64,000 nucleotides of DNA from positions 75,206,001 through 75,270,000 of the forward strand of contig OX597826.1 in assembly GCA_951406725.2 (NCBI GenBank), given 5' to 3'. Every line of letters starts with the position of its first letter. Position 1 is the stretch's first letter. This DNA is from Octopus vulgaris (taxonomy: Eukaryota). The position numbers and the translations under genes are program-made. Under the pieces are notes generated by a model. It saw only the letters and a list, made by a program, of their open reading frames with translations. It was not told where the DNA came from and searched no databases. Shown in pieces: positions 1-17,816 of this stretch.

Positions 1-1270
1 AGTAATGAAGAGGTTAAAAATCCTCTTAATGATCCAAATCTTTTCAGTGTAGTAAGCTTGAGGGTTTACAACTACATCGATAAAAACTTAGATAAGGAGC
101 CACCCTGGACATTCAATAGGATAGCCGTGTGTGTGTGTGTGAACACCCAGGGGTTATCATATTTTGGTTTCCTTACTAAACAAAAATATTAAAAAAATAT
201 CCTTTTTTTTCCTGAAAGCTATAAGGAAATAAAGTCATGGTGGGGAGGCATACTTGTGTAGGTAAACCGCGGTTAAATCACCTTCAAATTCTACCCTCAC
301 TTACGGACACACTGAATAAGTTTGTCTTCGATACAATGATTAAATAGTTACGACTCGAAGACTTCGTCAACCTGCTGTTATTTCTAGGAGAAAACTGCTT
401 CTTACCTAAACAACCTCTTTGTGTCAGATTACCACCACACACTTACGTTCTCAGTAAACAATGATAATCTTGGAGACATGGGGACTCTGGCTAAGGAAGG
501 GACTGGCAAATGATGCGAACACAACACAGAAATCAACAATGAGGAAGGAATATAGGAAAGAGGGAGATAGGGATGCAGGGTCGGAAAATAGTGTAAACAT
601 CAAGTTTATATTTAGATGGGGTGGAAGTGGGTAACTTTCTTACTGGGTGGAGCTTCAAAATAAACTCCGAGGGGTCAAGAAGGAGTTTCACACGATCCGA
701 CGTTTTCTTGTTTTTCACACTTTTTTTTTTTTTTTGTGGCTAGGTGTTAAAGTAAACATTGACCAATGGATTTCTGTAAAATGTTGGGAACGGGTGAAAT
801 TTCCGAGGCTTCGAACTCACCCCACCTCGTTTTCCGGACCCCAAAAAAATGGTTTTGTAACATATTAGGAAGTCACCCGAATTCATTCAACGAAAAAAAA
901 AAATTTTCTAATGATCCTGGGATATAGGGGGGAGGGGCGGTTTCCCCACTCCTTTTTTTTCCGAACAAAAATAAGGAGCTTGCAGCATAATTAGTATGTA
1001 TAAGTTATTGGAATCTGAACAAATTTCGGAAATTTTGGTTTGGGGGTCAGCTATTCCGAATCTCTACTCCTTGTAGTCACTCCAATTAATAATATCGATT
1101 AATCCTATCGATCAAATCACTTATATGAAAATATACTTATTAATCAATCACCTTATTACTGCACCATCCAATTATTCTCATCAGCGAGATTTTCAGCAGA
1201 CACTCATCGAACTATTCTCAATCGAATGACCAGGAAAAAGTAATTTCATTTTTCACACCAGATTTCTTAC

Positions 1271-1459
1271 CTTGAATATAATAAACCTATGATTGAACTC
1301 CTCTGTGTCGTTTATATACGATTTGTTGTATTTCTTGACAAATGTTTTAAATAGGAAATAATAATCCTCTTCTGATGGTAAGACATTCTTGGCAGTACAG
1401 TAAATCGCCGCAAAACACAATAAAAACGATAAGATCGTCGGTGGGATAAGAGACGACAT
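1271..1459 (-). CDS. Exon 1 of a papain-family (C1A) cysteine protease, cathepsin O/F/L-like: signal peptide plus start of the I29 propeptide. The gene continues leftward.
   Basis: ATG at 1459. MSSLIPPTILSFLLCFAAIYCTA is a hydrophobic signal, followed by FKTFVKKYNKSY...EEFNHRFIIFK (I29/ERFNIN-type pattern). Ends at a GTAAG donor (cttac at 1266-1270 on +). Confidence 0.8.
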
Positions 1460-1758
1460 TTCTCTCACTCAAATGTTGAAATGAAAATATCTTCCTACAT
1501 CTCATTCAAACAATATTTAACCTATGACCTTTGACATCAACCGGAACTACATTACAATCTTACCGGGCAGTTGTTTTTTTTAATTATAAAAAAATATTTG
1601 ATTATTTTTCTTTGTAAATACATAATAAATTTTATAAATTTTTAATTAAGATTAGACACTTTTTAAAATAATTAATAATGTGATTAATAACCAGAATAAA
1701 TATTTTTATCTCGCACTAACTGACTGCCCTGGTTTCTCTTAAACTTTACATCGCGAAG
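1460..1758. promoter_or_regulatory. Putative bidirectional promoter between the protease and rps3
   Basis: Divergent ATGs 300 bp apart. ETS-like CCGGAA at 1541. Pyrimidine tract (tttctctt) at about 1733-1740 resembles the TCT/5'TOP start of ribosomal protein genes. Confidence 0.6.
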
Positions 1759-8184
<6,426 letters not shown>

Positions 8185-8287
8185 AAGTCAGTCTCTTCAT
8201 TTCTTTCTTTACTTTTATCTTCTCATTCGTATTTTCTGACATTCATTACAATATTGTGACTGATGTGTATTTTCTTGTCTCTTCCAG

Positions 8288-8345
8288 GTGGGCTCTAATA
8301 GCTGATTTTATGGACAAATAAACGATTTGGAAGAGTTTAAAATGT
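8288..8345 (+). other. RPS3: rps3 non-coding last exon (3'UTR), after intron 8187-8287
   Basis: GTCAGT donor 2 nt after TAA, polypyrimidine+CAG acceptor ending at 8287, AATAAA at 8317-8322. Confidence 0.75.
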
Positions 8346-9238
8346 CTTCTGTTGTTTATTAATTGCTAATTAGTCGTTATAACATGTTATTTGCTTGATA
8401 TTACCATGTTATCATCGTTGTCTTAACATCTTAACATGGGTTTATTGAGGCAGGTTTTTCTACAGCTGGACACCCTTCCTGTCATCAACCCTCGCCTGTT
8501 TTGCAAGCAAAGTAGTATTTCCTCATGGCCAGACGTTTTGGAAATGAATTACAGTGACAGCTCATCTACAACTATCACATGATGCCAAGAGGGGCACTAC
8601 ATCGATTAAGACAACGAGGGTTCCAGTTGATTCAGTCAACAGAACAGCCTGCTCATTAAATTAACCTACAGGTAACTGACCCTTCCCCAGACACATGTGC
8701 CCTTAATGTAGTTCCCAGGGTGATTCAGTGTGACACAGAAAGTGACAAGGCTGCTCTCACCTTCGAATTACAAGTACAACTCGTTTTTGCCAGCAGAGTG
8801 GACTGGAGCATTGTGGAATAAAGTGTCTTGCTCGAGGGCATCACACATCACCAGGTATCGGACTGATAACCTTAAAATCATGAGCCACACACCCCTAACC
8901 ACTAAGCCATGTGCTTTCCATTGACGCCAAGACGCATATACACACACTCATTCACACATGTATACAGACATATATATATATATATATATACGACAGGCTT
9001 CTTTCTACCGAATCCACTCTCAAGGCTTACGACTTCATTACTGTGAGGCAACCAAGACATTAAACATTGTCCAAATATTTGGGAGAAATCTATTCTTGCA
9101 TGGGAAAATGGATGTAAACAAGCACAGACCCATTCACAACCTCAGTTCAAGCTAGAGTGCAACTTATATATTTAGGGATACTGTTGAACAAACTGCCTTG
9201 AAGTTCACCAAACTTTCATTATGAAACTTCTCACAATG

Positions 9239-9560
9239 TATTGGGTTGTCTGGAAAGTTTGTGCCGATTTATAGTAGTTTACCTTTCGACTTATTTTAGA
9301 ACATGGTTGAGTCCGTAAAATAGGATTTGACTACACCTTCATTTGGAGCACAGTTTAAGCTATCTTTTCGTGGAAGAAGGTTTATGTTCCTATAACCTTT
9401 GTTAATTTTGTAACCCTTTAAAATGGAAGATAAGAAAGTTCATTTTCGGCACTTGATGCTTTGCGAACCAGACAAAAATTGCTGTAGCTCGACTGGGATG
9501 TGTTACCTCCACCCTCCATATTCACCAGATTTTGCTCCTTTGGATTTCCACTTATTCATA
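9239..9560 (+). mobile_element. Internally deleted mariner transposon relic
   Basis: Mariner-like terminus TATTGGGTTG... and peptide HPPYSPDFAPLDFHLF, matching the mariner YSPDLAP motif. Confidence 0.75.
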
Positions 9561-9712
9561 ATAATATTGATGATGATAGCGAAAAGTACCTTAGGAATGA
9601 GAACCTAGGTTCGAAATTTCCCCAAGACATCTGATGAAGGCTGGAAGGTATATCAACCGAAACATGTTAACAAACAAGATGAGGACAAATATCCGTCAAT
9701 TGTAAATAAAAC
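9560..9712 (+). mobile_element. Headless copy of the hammerhead-bearing SINE body
   Basis: Matches the arms of 6125-6532. CTGATGA 9631-9637, GGCTG...CAACC, GAAACATGTT from 9659. Confidence 0.7.
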
Positions 9713-9782
9713 AGGTGTGGATGTGAAAATAGAAAATGCTTGAGAAATAAAATGAACTTAACTATTTAAAACCTGAAACATT

Positions 9783-11310
9783 CATCATCATCATTGTTTA
9801 ACGTCCGCTTTCCATGGGTTGGATGATTTGACTGAGGTCTGGCAAACCAGATGGCTGCACTGGACTCCAATCTGATCTGGCATAGTTTCTACGGCTGGAT
9901 GCCCTTCCTAACACCAACTACTTCAAGAGTGTAGTGGGTGCTTTTACATGCCACTGGCACGAGGGCCAGTCAGGTGGTGCAGGCAACGGCCACGCTCAAA
10001 TGGTGCTTTTTATGTGCTACCAGCACAAGTGCCAGTAAAGCAATGCAGGTAATGATCACGCTCAAATGGTGTTTTTTATGTGCCATCAGCACAGAGGCCA
10101 TCTTGCTCTGGCAATGATCACGCTCGTATGGTACTCTTAGCGCTCGGCTAGCACGGATGCCAGTCATCAAATTTGATTTTGATTTCACGTTCCTCAGCAG
10201 GTCTTCGCAAGCAGAGTTTAGTGTCCAATGAAAGAAAGGTACGCATAAGTGGGCTGGTTACATCCCTGGCATAGGCCACAAGGTTATGGTCTCACTTGAG
10301 CTTGCTGGATCTTCTCAAGCACAGCATATTTCCAAAGTTTCCGGTCACTAGTCATTACCTCGGTGAGGCTCAATGTTTGAAGGCCCTGCTTCACCACCTC
10401 ATCCCAGATCTTCCTGGGTCTACCTCTTCCACAAGTTCCCTCAACCACTAGGGTGTGGCACTTTTTCACACAGCTATCTTCATCCATTCTCGCCACATGG
10501 CCATACCAGCACAGTCGTCTCTCTTGCACACCACATCTGATGCTTGTTAGGTCCAACTTTTCTCTCAAGGTACTTACACTCTGTCGAGTATGCACACTGA
10601 CATTACACACATCTATTGTTCATTCCTTGCGAGCTTACGCATGACCTCAGTAGTTACGGCCCATGTAGCATGGCTGTTCGTACACATGCGTCATATAGTC
10701 TACCTTTCACTCTGAGTGAGAGGCCCTTTGTCACCAGCAGAGGTAAGAGCTCTCTGAACTTAGCCCAGGCTATTCTTATTCTAGCAGCTACACTTTCAGC
10801 GCACCCTCCCATGCTACTGACTTGGTCACCTAGGTAACGGAAGCTATCAACTACTTCTAGTTTTCCTCCCTGGAATGTGGCGGAAGTTGTTCTCTGCACA
10901 TTTTCAGTGTTTATTGCACCTGAGCATCTGCCACATACAAAAACTATCTTCCCATTAAGCCTTCCTTTGATATTACTGCACCTCTTATGTGTCCATAGCT
11001 TACACTGGGTACATCTTATAGAGTTTCTACCTATGCCTCTACTACAGATCAAGCAGGGCGATCTACCTGAAGGGATTTGTGGTTTGCCTGCCTTCCTACT
11101 TATTTGGACTTTGGTTTTAGCTAGGTTGATTCTAATCCTTGTTTCCACACTTGAAACTTCTCCTCTAGTTCTGATAGTGACTCAACAATTAGAGCAAGGT
11201 CGTCAGCATAGAGGAGCTCCCAGGAACATCCTGTCTTGAATTCCTCTGTTATTGCCTGAGGACTATGATAAATAGGAGGGGGCTGAGTACTGAACCTTGG
11301 TGAACCCCTA
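9783..11310 (-). mobile_element. RTE-clade LINE 3' portion (RT C-terminus, Cys-rich insert, 3'UTR), frameshifted
   Basis: ELLYADDLALI, INLAKTK, FRYLG, RRLCWYGHVARM, GRGRPRKIW spread over several frames. (CAT)n tail at 9783. Confidence 0.9.
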
Positions 11311-11904
11311 CCTCTAACGACCAAATTATCCAGTCATATATGGTCATTAAAAGATAAAGGTGTCAGTTACAACATCCATTGGAAGATCTTAAGCCAAGTG
11401 TAAGCCCTACACCAATGGCAGTGTTAAGTGCAGTCTCTGTGATATGGAAAGATGGCTCATCTGGGAAAGTAGCTTAGACTCCACTACATGTCTGATTTCA
11501 AGAACTGAACTTTTCGGATCATGCCCAGATGTGGCCAAATATTTGTACGTTTTTTGTCCCCCTGAGACTACAGATGGAACTTCCTATATTGTGTCCATGC
11601 ACAAGCTTTTTATCTCTTTACACTTTTTACTTATATTTCTTTTATATTTTTTATACATATATTTCATACTTATTTATAGAGATATTAGTTTATAGGTTTA
11701 CTGCTTATATATTTTTTACACATAATTTTTCTGTATTCTACCTTCTACCCTGCATTTTTCCCTGTGCATATATAGATGTGTATATGGATTCTTTTGTGCG
11801 GGTATGTGCGTATATAGACATGGTTTACTCAGTGTCTTTATACATTGACTCTGAGGTCTTTTGATTCTAAACCTAGCTTCCACACACAAAATTTCTTTTC
11901 TAGT

Positions 11905-12717
11905 TCTAGCAGGGCCAGGTCATCAGCATAGAGGAGCTCCCAGGGGCAACCCATCTTGAATTCCTCTGTTATTGTCTGGATGACTATGATGAATAAAAGG
12001 AGACTGAGGGTTGAACCTTGGATGGACCCCTACTTCTACCCAGAATTCTTCACTATACTCATTGCCAATCCTAACCTTACTAATGGCCTCTCTGTAAAGG
12101 GCCTGTACAACCCTTATTAACCATTTGTCAATCTCCAGTTTCCGCATCGCCCACCAGATAAGGAAACGGAGGACCCTGTCAAAGGCTTTCTCCAAGTCCA
12201 CAAAAGCTAAGTATGTGGGTTTATCTTTAGCTAGGTATTTTTTCTGCAATTGTCGAACCAGGAATATGGCATCAGTGGTGCTTCTACTTGGTACAAAACT
12301 GAACTGCATCTCATCTAAGCAGACTCTCTCCCTGATGAGATGGGCTATGACCCTCATCACCTGATCCAGCAGTTTGATACCCCTGTAGTTATTTCTATCT
12401 AGAGTATCACCTTTACTCTTGTAGCAGTTGACTATGGTGCTGCTACACCAGTCATTGGGTATGACTCCATCATGAACTACCTGGTTTACAATGAGGGTGA
12501 CTAGGCCATAGCCCACACCACCAGATGTTTTAAGCATCTCAGCAGTGTTTCCCGATGGGCTGGGGGCTTTTCCTGGCTTCATACCCTTAATTGCTTTATC
12601 TACAAGGGAGCTGTCTATTCGGATAACTGGTCCCTCTGTTGGGTCGAAAATTTTCGGCAGACTCTCTTTATCCCATTCATTTTCCTTATTCAGCAACCTT
12701 TCATAATGGCTTCTCCA
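11905..12717 (-). mobile_element. RTE LINE reverse-transcriptase fragment
   Basis: NYRGIKLL, QFSFVPSRSTTDAIF, AFVDLEKAFDRV motifs. Confidence 0.9.
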
Positions 12718-12987
12718 AGCCTTGTGAGTGGATTTGGTAGACGGAAACTGAAAGAAACCCGCCGTATATATGTATAAATATATATGTGTGTGTCTGTGTT
12801 TGTCCCCCCAACATCGCTTGACAACCGATGCTGGTGTGTTTACGTCCCCGTAACTTAGCGGTTCAGCAAAAGAAACCGATAGAATAAGTACTAGGCTTAC
12901 AAAGAATAAGGCCTGGGGTCGATTTGCTCGACTAAAAGGCGGTGCTCCAGCATGGCCACAGTCAAATGACTGAAACAAGTAAAAGAG
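12718..12987 (+). mobile_element. 5'-truncated copy of the tRNA/CORE-type SINE abutting the RTE fragment
   Basis: Reverse complement of the 3' part of 23021-23417. Confidence 0.8.
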
Positions 12988-13223
12988 TATGAGATGAAAC
13001 AGATTCGATTGGAATAAACTGAGATAGATTTGACAGTTATTTCTAGCAAATCGTACAAGTACGTAGAGGTTCCATTGCTCCCACGTCGTTGTTTAGTCCA
13101 AGAAAACCCATGGCTGAACAGCTCTGCCTATTCAGTGCAAGTTAAGGCGAAAGTGAGAATATGTACACCCGGTGTTTGGGGCTAGGGTTTTTGTTACGCC
13201 CAAAACGGGTGGTGTACGTACCT

Positions 13224-13439
13224 ATTTCTGTATTACCCACAAGGGGCCAAACAAGGACAGACATAGGTATTAAGTCGATTACATCGACTCCAGTGCGTAA
13301 CTGGTACTTAATTTATCGACCCCGAAATATGAAAGGCAAAGTCGACCTCGGCGGAATTTGAACTCAGAACGTAGCGACAGACGAAATACCGCAAGGCATT
13401 TTGCCCGGCATGCTAACGGTTCTGCCATCTCGCGTACAA
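13224..13439 (-). mobile_element. tRNA-derived SINE with 16-bp TSD, in the ZNF-A promoter
   Basis: TSD GGTGGTGTACGTACCT at 13208-13223 and 13440-13455. B box GAGTTCAAATTCC on minus. Same family as 46949-47164. Confidence 0.85.
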
Positions 13440-13565
13440 GGTGGTGTACGTACCTTTTACCACCGCCGGTGGGCAATACATGGTCGTTAACAGAATAAGT
13501 ACGAAACTATGTGTAATAATTGATCTCTAAATGTATCTTTATTTTGGTTTTATTCGGATTCTGTT

Positions 13566-13661
13566 ACTTCCGCCTGGCATCGACCAAAACCGTTTCTGGC
13601 GAAGAACTTTGTCGCATGTTAATCGAAATTAGCAAAGAAAATATAAAGGTGAAACGGAAAA
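13566..13661 (+). other. 5'UTR exon 1 of ZNF-A. Paralogous exons at about 22617-22712(+), 30222-30316(+), 45659-45753(-), 54942-55035(-), 57845-57916(+).
   Basis: Conserved block TTCCGCCTGGCATC..(C)ATTTCCGG..GAAGAACTTT..AAAGAAAATATAAAG ending in a GT(A/G)AGTATTT donor. Found 2-3 kb upstream of each of ZNF-A to E, in the matching orientation. Confidence 0.75.
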
Positions 13662-14081
13662 GTAAGTATTTATAGTGTTTAAATCGATATTAAATATTTT
13701 CAAGACGGATCTTAGGAATATGACTGTCTTTTCTCTTTGGGGAATGAAAAGAAGCAAAGAATTGGGAGGGTTTTTCTTTCCCCTTCTTGAATCTAATTTA
13801 TTACGATTGTCCGCCAAAATTTCCATCAGAATCGTAATTTCCTTTGTATCAAACAACAGAAATATTACCAAAAAATAGGGTGGCTTTCGTCACTAATAAA
13901 AAGAATTCCTCAGATTTTATTTTTCGTTCTTTTGGGGTATTTTCACCATTTTATAGAATTTCACCTCACAAAACAGATGTCGATCGCCTTCCTAAAACAG
14001 AAAAAAAGAAAAGAATTCAGTATCTTTACTTTTTGAATTGTCTCGGTCTTTCTCTCCCTCTCAATAGCTGCCACGATTCAC

Positions 14082-15022
14082 GGCATAGTTTCGGTTGTAG
14101 TAGCACAGATTTCATAGTTTCGGTTGTAGTAGCACAGATTTCCGTCGATTTCCGTAAAAAACTTTTATTTTTTTACATAAGTAATGAGAGCGAAAGAGAC
14201 TAAGAGGAAGCGAATTTACGACGAGAAGGTTTCACTTTGAAGTCGGCCTGTGTGTGTTTGATGGGATGTGGGAGACAGACAGTATGTTGTGTAAGTGAAG
14301 TGCTTCTGTTAGTGTGTGTGAAGAGACAGACATACATATACACATACACCGAGTAAAAAATTACTATGAATCGGCCATACATACACACACACACATACAT
14401 AGATACATACACACACACACATACATACATACATACACACACACATACTTACACACACACACATAGATACATACACACACACACATACATGCAGACATAC
14501 ATATACACATACACCGAGTAAAAAATTACACTGAATCGACCATACATACATACACACATACATACATACACATACACACATACATAGATACATAACATAC
14601 ACACACACACATACATGCAGACATACATATACACATACACCGAGTAAAAAATTACGATGAATCGGCCATACATACATACATACACACACACATACTTACA
14701 CACACACACATACATAGATACATACACACACATACATGCATACATACATATACACATACACCGAGTAAAAAATCAGTTATCTCTCTCTTTCACACATTAC
14801 TCTCTCTGTCTCTTCGCACACACTAACAGAAGCACTTCACTTACACAACATACTGTCTGTCTCCCACACCCCATCAAACACACACAGGCCGATTTCAAAG
14901 AGAAACCTTCTCATCGTAAAATCGCTTCCTCTTAGTCTCTTTCGCTCTCATTACTTATGTAAAAATAAAAGTTTTTTACGGAAATCGACGGAAATCTGTG
15001 CTACGACATGCGAAACTTCGCC
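14082..15022. mobile_element. Long-TIR MITE/foldback (about 220-bp arms) with an internal minisatellite, in ZNF-A intron 1
   Basis: About 14113-14330 is the reverse complement of about 14803-15022. Ends GGC...GCC. Absent from the paralogous site near 30750. Confidence 0.85.
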
Positions 15023-16634
15023 TAATTTTCTTTCCAATTTCCCGTCTCTTCTGAAATATTTTCAAGTCACATTAGAATTAAAATAAACAAACTACCAACT
15101 GCACCTCACATTTCATCGCGCCTTTCACGATCTATCGTATATACTTGAGTAACAGTTAATCTCAATTTAAAAGATGACTGCTTATCTTTGGCCCAAAAAT
15201 TGCGCATTTTCTATAGCCCCCGTATAAAAGTGGACCCTAGTACTTCACGGACAACGGGACCACATTTGTGGATTAAGGCATAGTATTATCCTGTACGTAG
15301 AAATAACACTGTTACAAAATTGTGTGGCTACCTTACTGTAGCCTGCTCTATGGCTGGAATGCTCGGTGCTTAAAGTAAAACACGATTTAATAGCGAGCAC
15401 TACACATTTGTTGATGGGTGCTGCATCACCATTACTAAAATGAATGCACAGGATATGCTGCAAGCGTGCATATATCTTTAAGCCAAATAAACACATGCGT
15501 CATACACTCGTTTACACGGTGAGAAACGTGTCTCACAGACAGGACTATCGGCAAACACCACAAAAGGGTTTGTATCAGGAAAATCAGAGCCCCAAAATTT
15601 TGACAGCATGGAAAAGCTGACATGAAAATGTTGATATATCAACTTCTCTAGTATGTGGGTTTTTGTTTTCTTTTTTACGTCTTAATGTCCAAGGGGTCAG
15701 ACAGAATTGAGGCAGATTTTGTATTGTCTGCAACCTTCATTTGTTTCCAAGTAAAGTAATGCTGTCCTTTTACTAGTCATGTTCACTAGAGTCTGAAAGC
15801 AAATGACACTTTTTGCATAACAAAGACTCTTGCTTCCAAACATGAAGGCAAGGATCAGTTATCTTTTTAGGATATGATGTATTGTTAAAATATATTTCTC
15901 TGCTCTGTTATCATCATCATCATTTAGCATCCGCTTTCCATGCTAGCATGGGTTGGATGGTTCAACTGGGGTCTGGGAAGCCAGAAGGCTGCACCATGCC
16001 CAGTCTGGTCCGGCAATATTTCTACGGCTGGATGCCCTTCCAAATGCCAACCACTCCGTGAGTGTAGTGGGTGCTTTTTACGTGCCACCGGCACAGGTGC
16101 CAGACAGGGCTGGCAAACGGCCACAGTCGGATGGTGCTTTTTACGTCACTTCTACAATTTATAAGTATAGTAATGAAATTAAATTTATGCTGTTTATTTA
16201 TCCTTGAAATCTTATACTGTTTTCCTTATTATTTCAGAATCAGAGATGAAGCTGGCATAAACATTTTTGTTTTTTATACAAGAGAAGCATCATCAATATT
16301 TATCATCTTTTAAGGACAAACGATGTTTTGCTGAACAAATATAACTATTTTCACATAAATTTAATAAATTATATTGAACGATTTCCTCTGGGTAAGATTA
16401 CTAACAACATTTGTGTAGGCCGTTCGCTTGAATGAGTACAATGCAATTCTGCATTTTAAATATATTCAGATAAATTAATGAAGCACTTTGCATCCAGATG
16501 ATGGACACACAGCAGAAGAAAATTTATTAGAAATAAATTATAGAAAGGAAAGCAGCAAACATAATATATTTTGGCGAGAGAAGAAAAATTATTATTCAGT
16601 GAGTTAAGCAACTGTTATTGTTTGCTCTGAAAAG

Positions 16635-17816
16635 ATGGCAAAAAGCTTGTCAAAGTCTTCATCTGAGTGTGATATCTGTAAAAAGTCATTCAGTTCAAGA
16701 GGTAATCTAACAACACATATACGTATTCATACAGGAGAGAAACCATATCACTGTGATATCTGTGGTAAAAGGTTCTCTAGAAAAGATGAATTAACTATTC
16801 ATAGACGTGTTCATACAGGAGAGAAACCATATCAGTGTGATATCTGTGGCCAATCATTCACTCGTAAAGATATTTTAACTACACATAAACGTATTCACAC
16901 AGGAGAGAAACCTTATCATTGTGATATGTGCAGTAAATCATTCTCTACGATTACTAACTTAACTGATCATAAACGCATTCATACTGGAGAAAGACCATAT
17001 CATTGTAATTTCTGTGGTAAATCATTCAATCAAAATAATCAGCTAACTAAACACAAACGTATTCATACAGGGGAAAAGCCATATCACTGTGATATCTGTG
17101 ACAAATCCTTCTCTCGAAATGATGAGTTAACTACACACAAGCTCAGTCATACAGGAGAGAAACCTTATAGGTGTGATATCTGTGGTAAATCATACTTTGT
17201 AAATAATGCTTTGACTGTACACAAACGTATTCATACTGGAGAAAAACGATTTATTTGTGATATTTGTGGTAAAGCATTTGTTGGAAGTAATGATTTAAAG
17301 GGACATAAACGAATTCATACAGGAGAAAAACCATATCACTGTAATATCTGTGGTAAATCATTCCCTCGAAGTCATAGTTTGCGTAGTCACATACGTATTC
17401 ATACTGGAGAAAAACCATATCATTGTGATATCTGCGGTAAATCATTCACTCAAAGTACTGCTGTAACTGTACACAAACGTGTTCATACCGGAGAAAAGCC
17501 TCGTATTCGTGGTAAAGCATTTTCACAAAGACCTGCTGTGACTGTACACAAGCCCATTCATACAAAAGAAAAGCCATATCACTGTGATGTCTGTGGTAAA
17601 TCATTCACTCGAAATGATTCTTTGACTGATCACAAACGTATTCATACTGGAGAAAGGCCATATAATTGTGATATCTGTGGTAAATCATTCTCTTACAGAA
17701 ATGTATTAACTCAGCACAAACGTATTCATATGCGAAAAAAGCCATATTGTGATAGCTGTGGTAATTTATTCTCTCAACAGGATGATTTAGCTAAACATGT
17801 CTGTATTCTTCCATGA
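16635..17816 (+). CDS. ZNF-A: C2H2 zinc-finger protein with 14 finger units (finger 11 lacks CxxC, last finger is C2HC) and no effector domain
   Basis: 393-aa ORF of 28-aa CxxC..HxxxH repeats with TGEKP linkers. Acceptor for this exon ends at 16237. Confidence 0.93.
   Translation: MAKSLSKSSSECDICKKSFSSRGNLTTHIRIHTGEKPYHCDICGKRFSRKDELTIHRRVHTGEKPYQCDICGQSFTRKDILTTHKRIHTGEKPYHCDMCSKSFSTITNLTDHKRIHTGERPYHCNFCGKSFNQNNQLTKHKRIHTGEKPYHCDICDKSFSRNDELTTHKLSHTGEKPYRCDICGKSYFVNNALTVHKRIHTGEKRFICDICGKAFVGSNDLKGHKRIHTGEKPYHCNICGKSFPRSHSLRSHIRIHTGEKPYHCDICGKSFTQSTAVTVHKRVHTGEKPRIRGKAFSQRPAVTVHKPIHTKEKPYHCDVCGKSFTRNDSLTDHKRIHTGERPYNCDICGKSFSYRNVLTQHKRIHMRKKPYCDSCGNLFSQQDDLAKHVCILP

Noticed and set aside
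11923-12978. 351-aa ORF as a novel gene
   Set aside because: Chance read-through from an antisense SINE into an RTE RT fragment.
14330-14775. CRISPR-like repeat/spacer pattern
   Set aside because: Spacers are CA/TA microsatellites of uneven length inside a MITE. Eukaryotic context, no cas genes.
14200-14935. MCVCMYV-type ORFs (also at 3671, 46308, 61974)
   Set aside because: Microsatellite translations.
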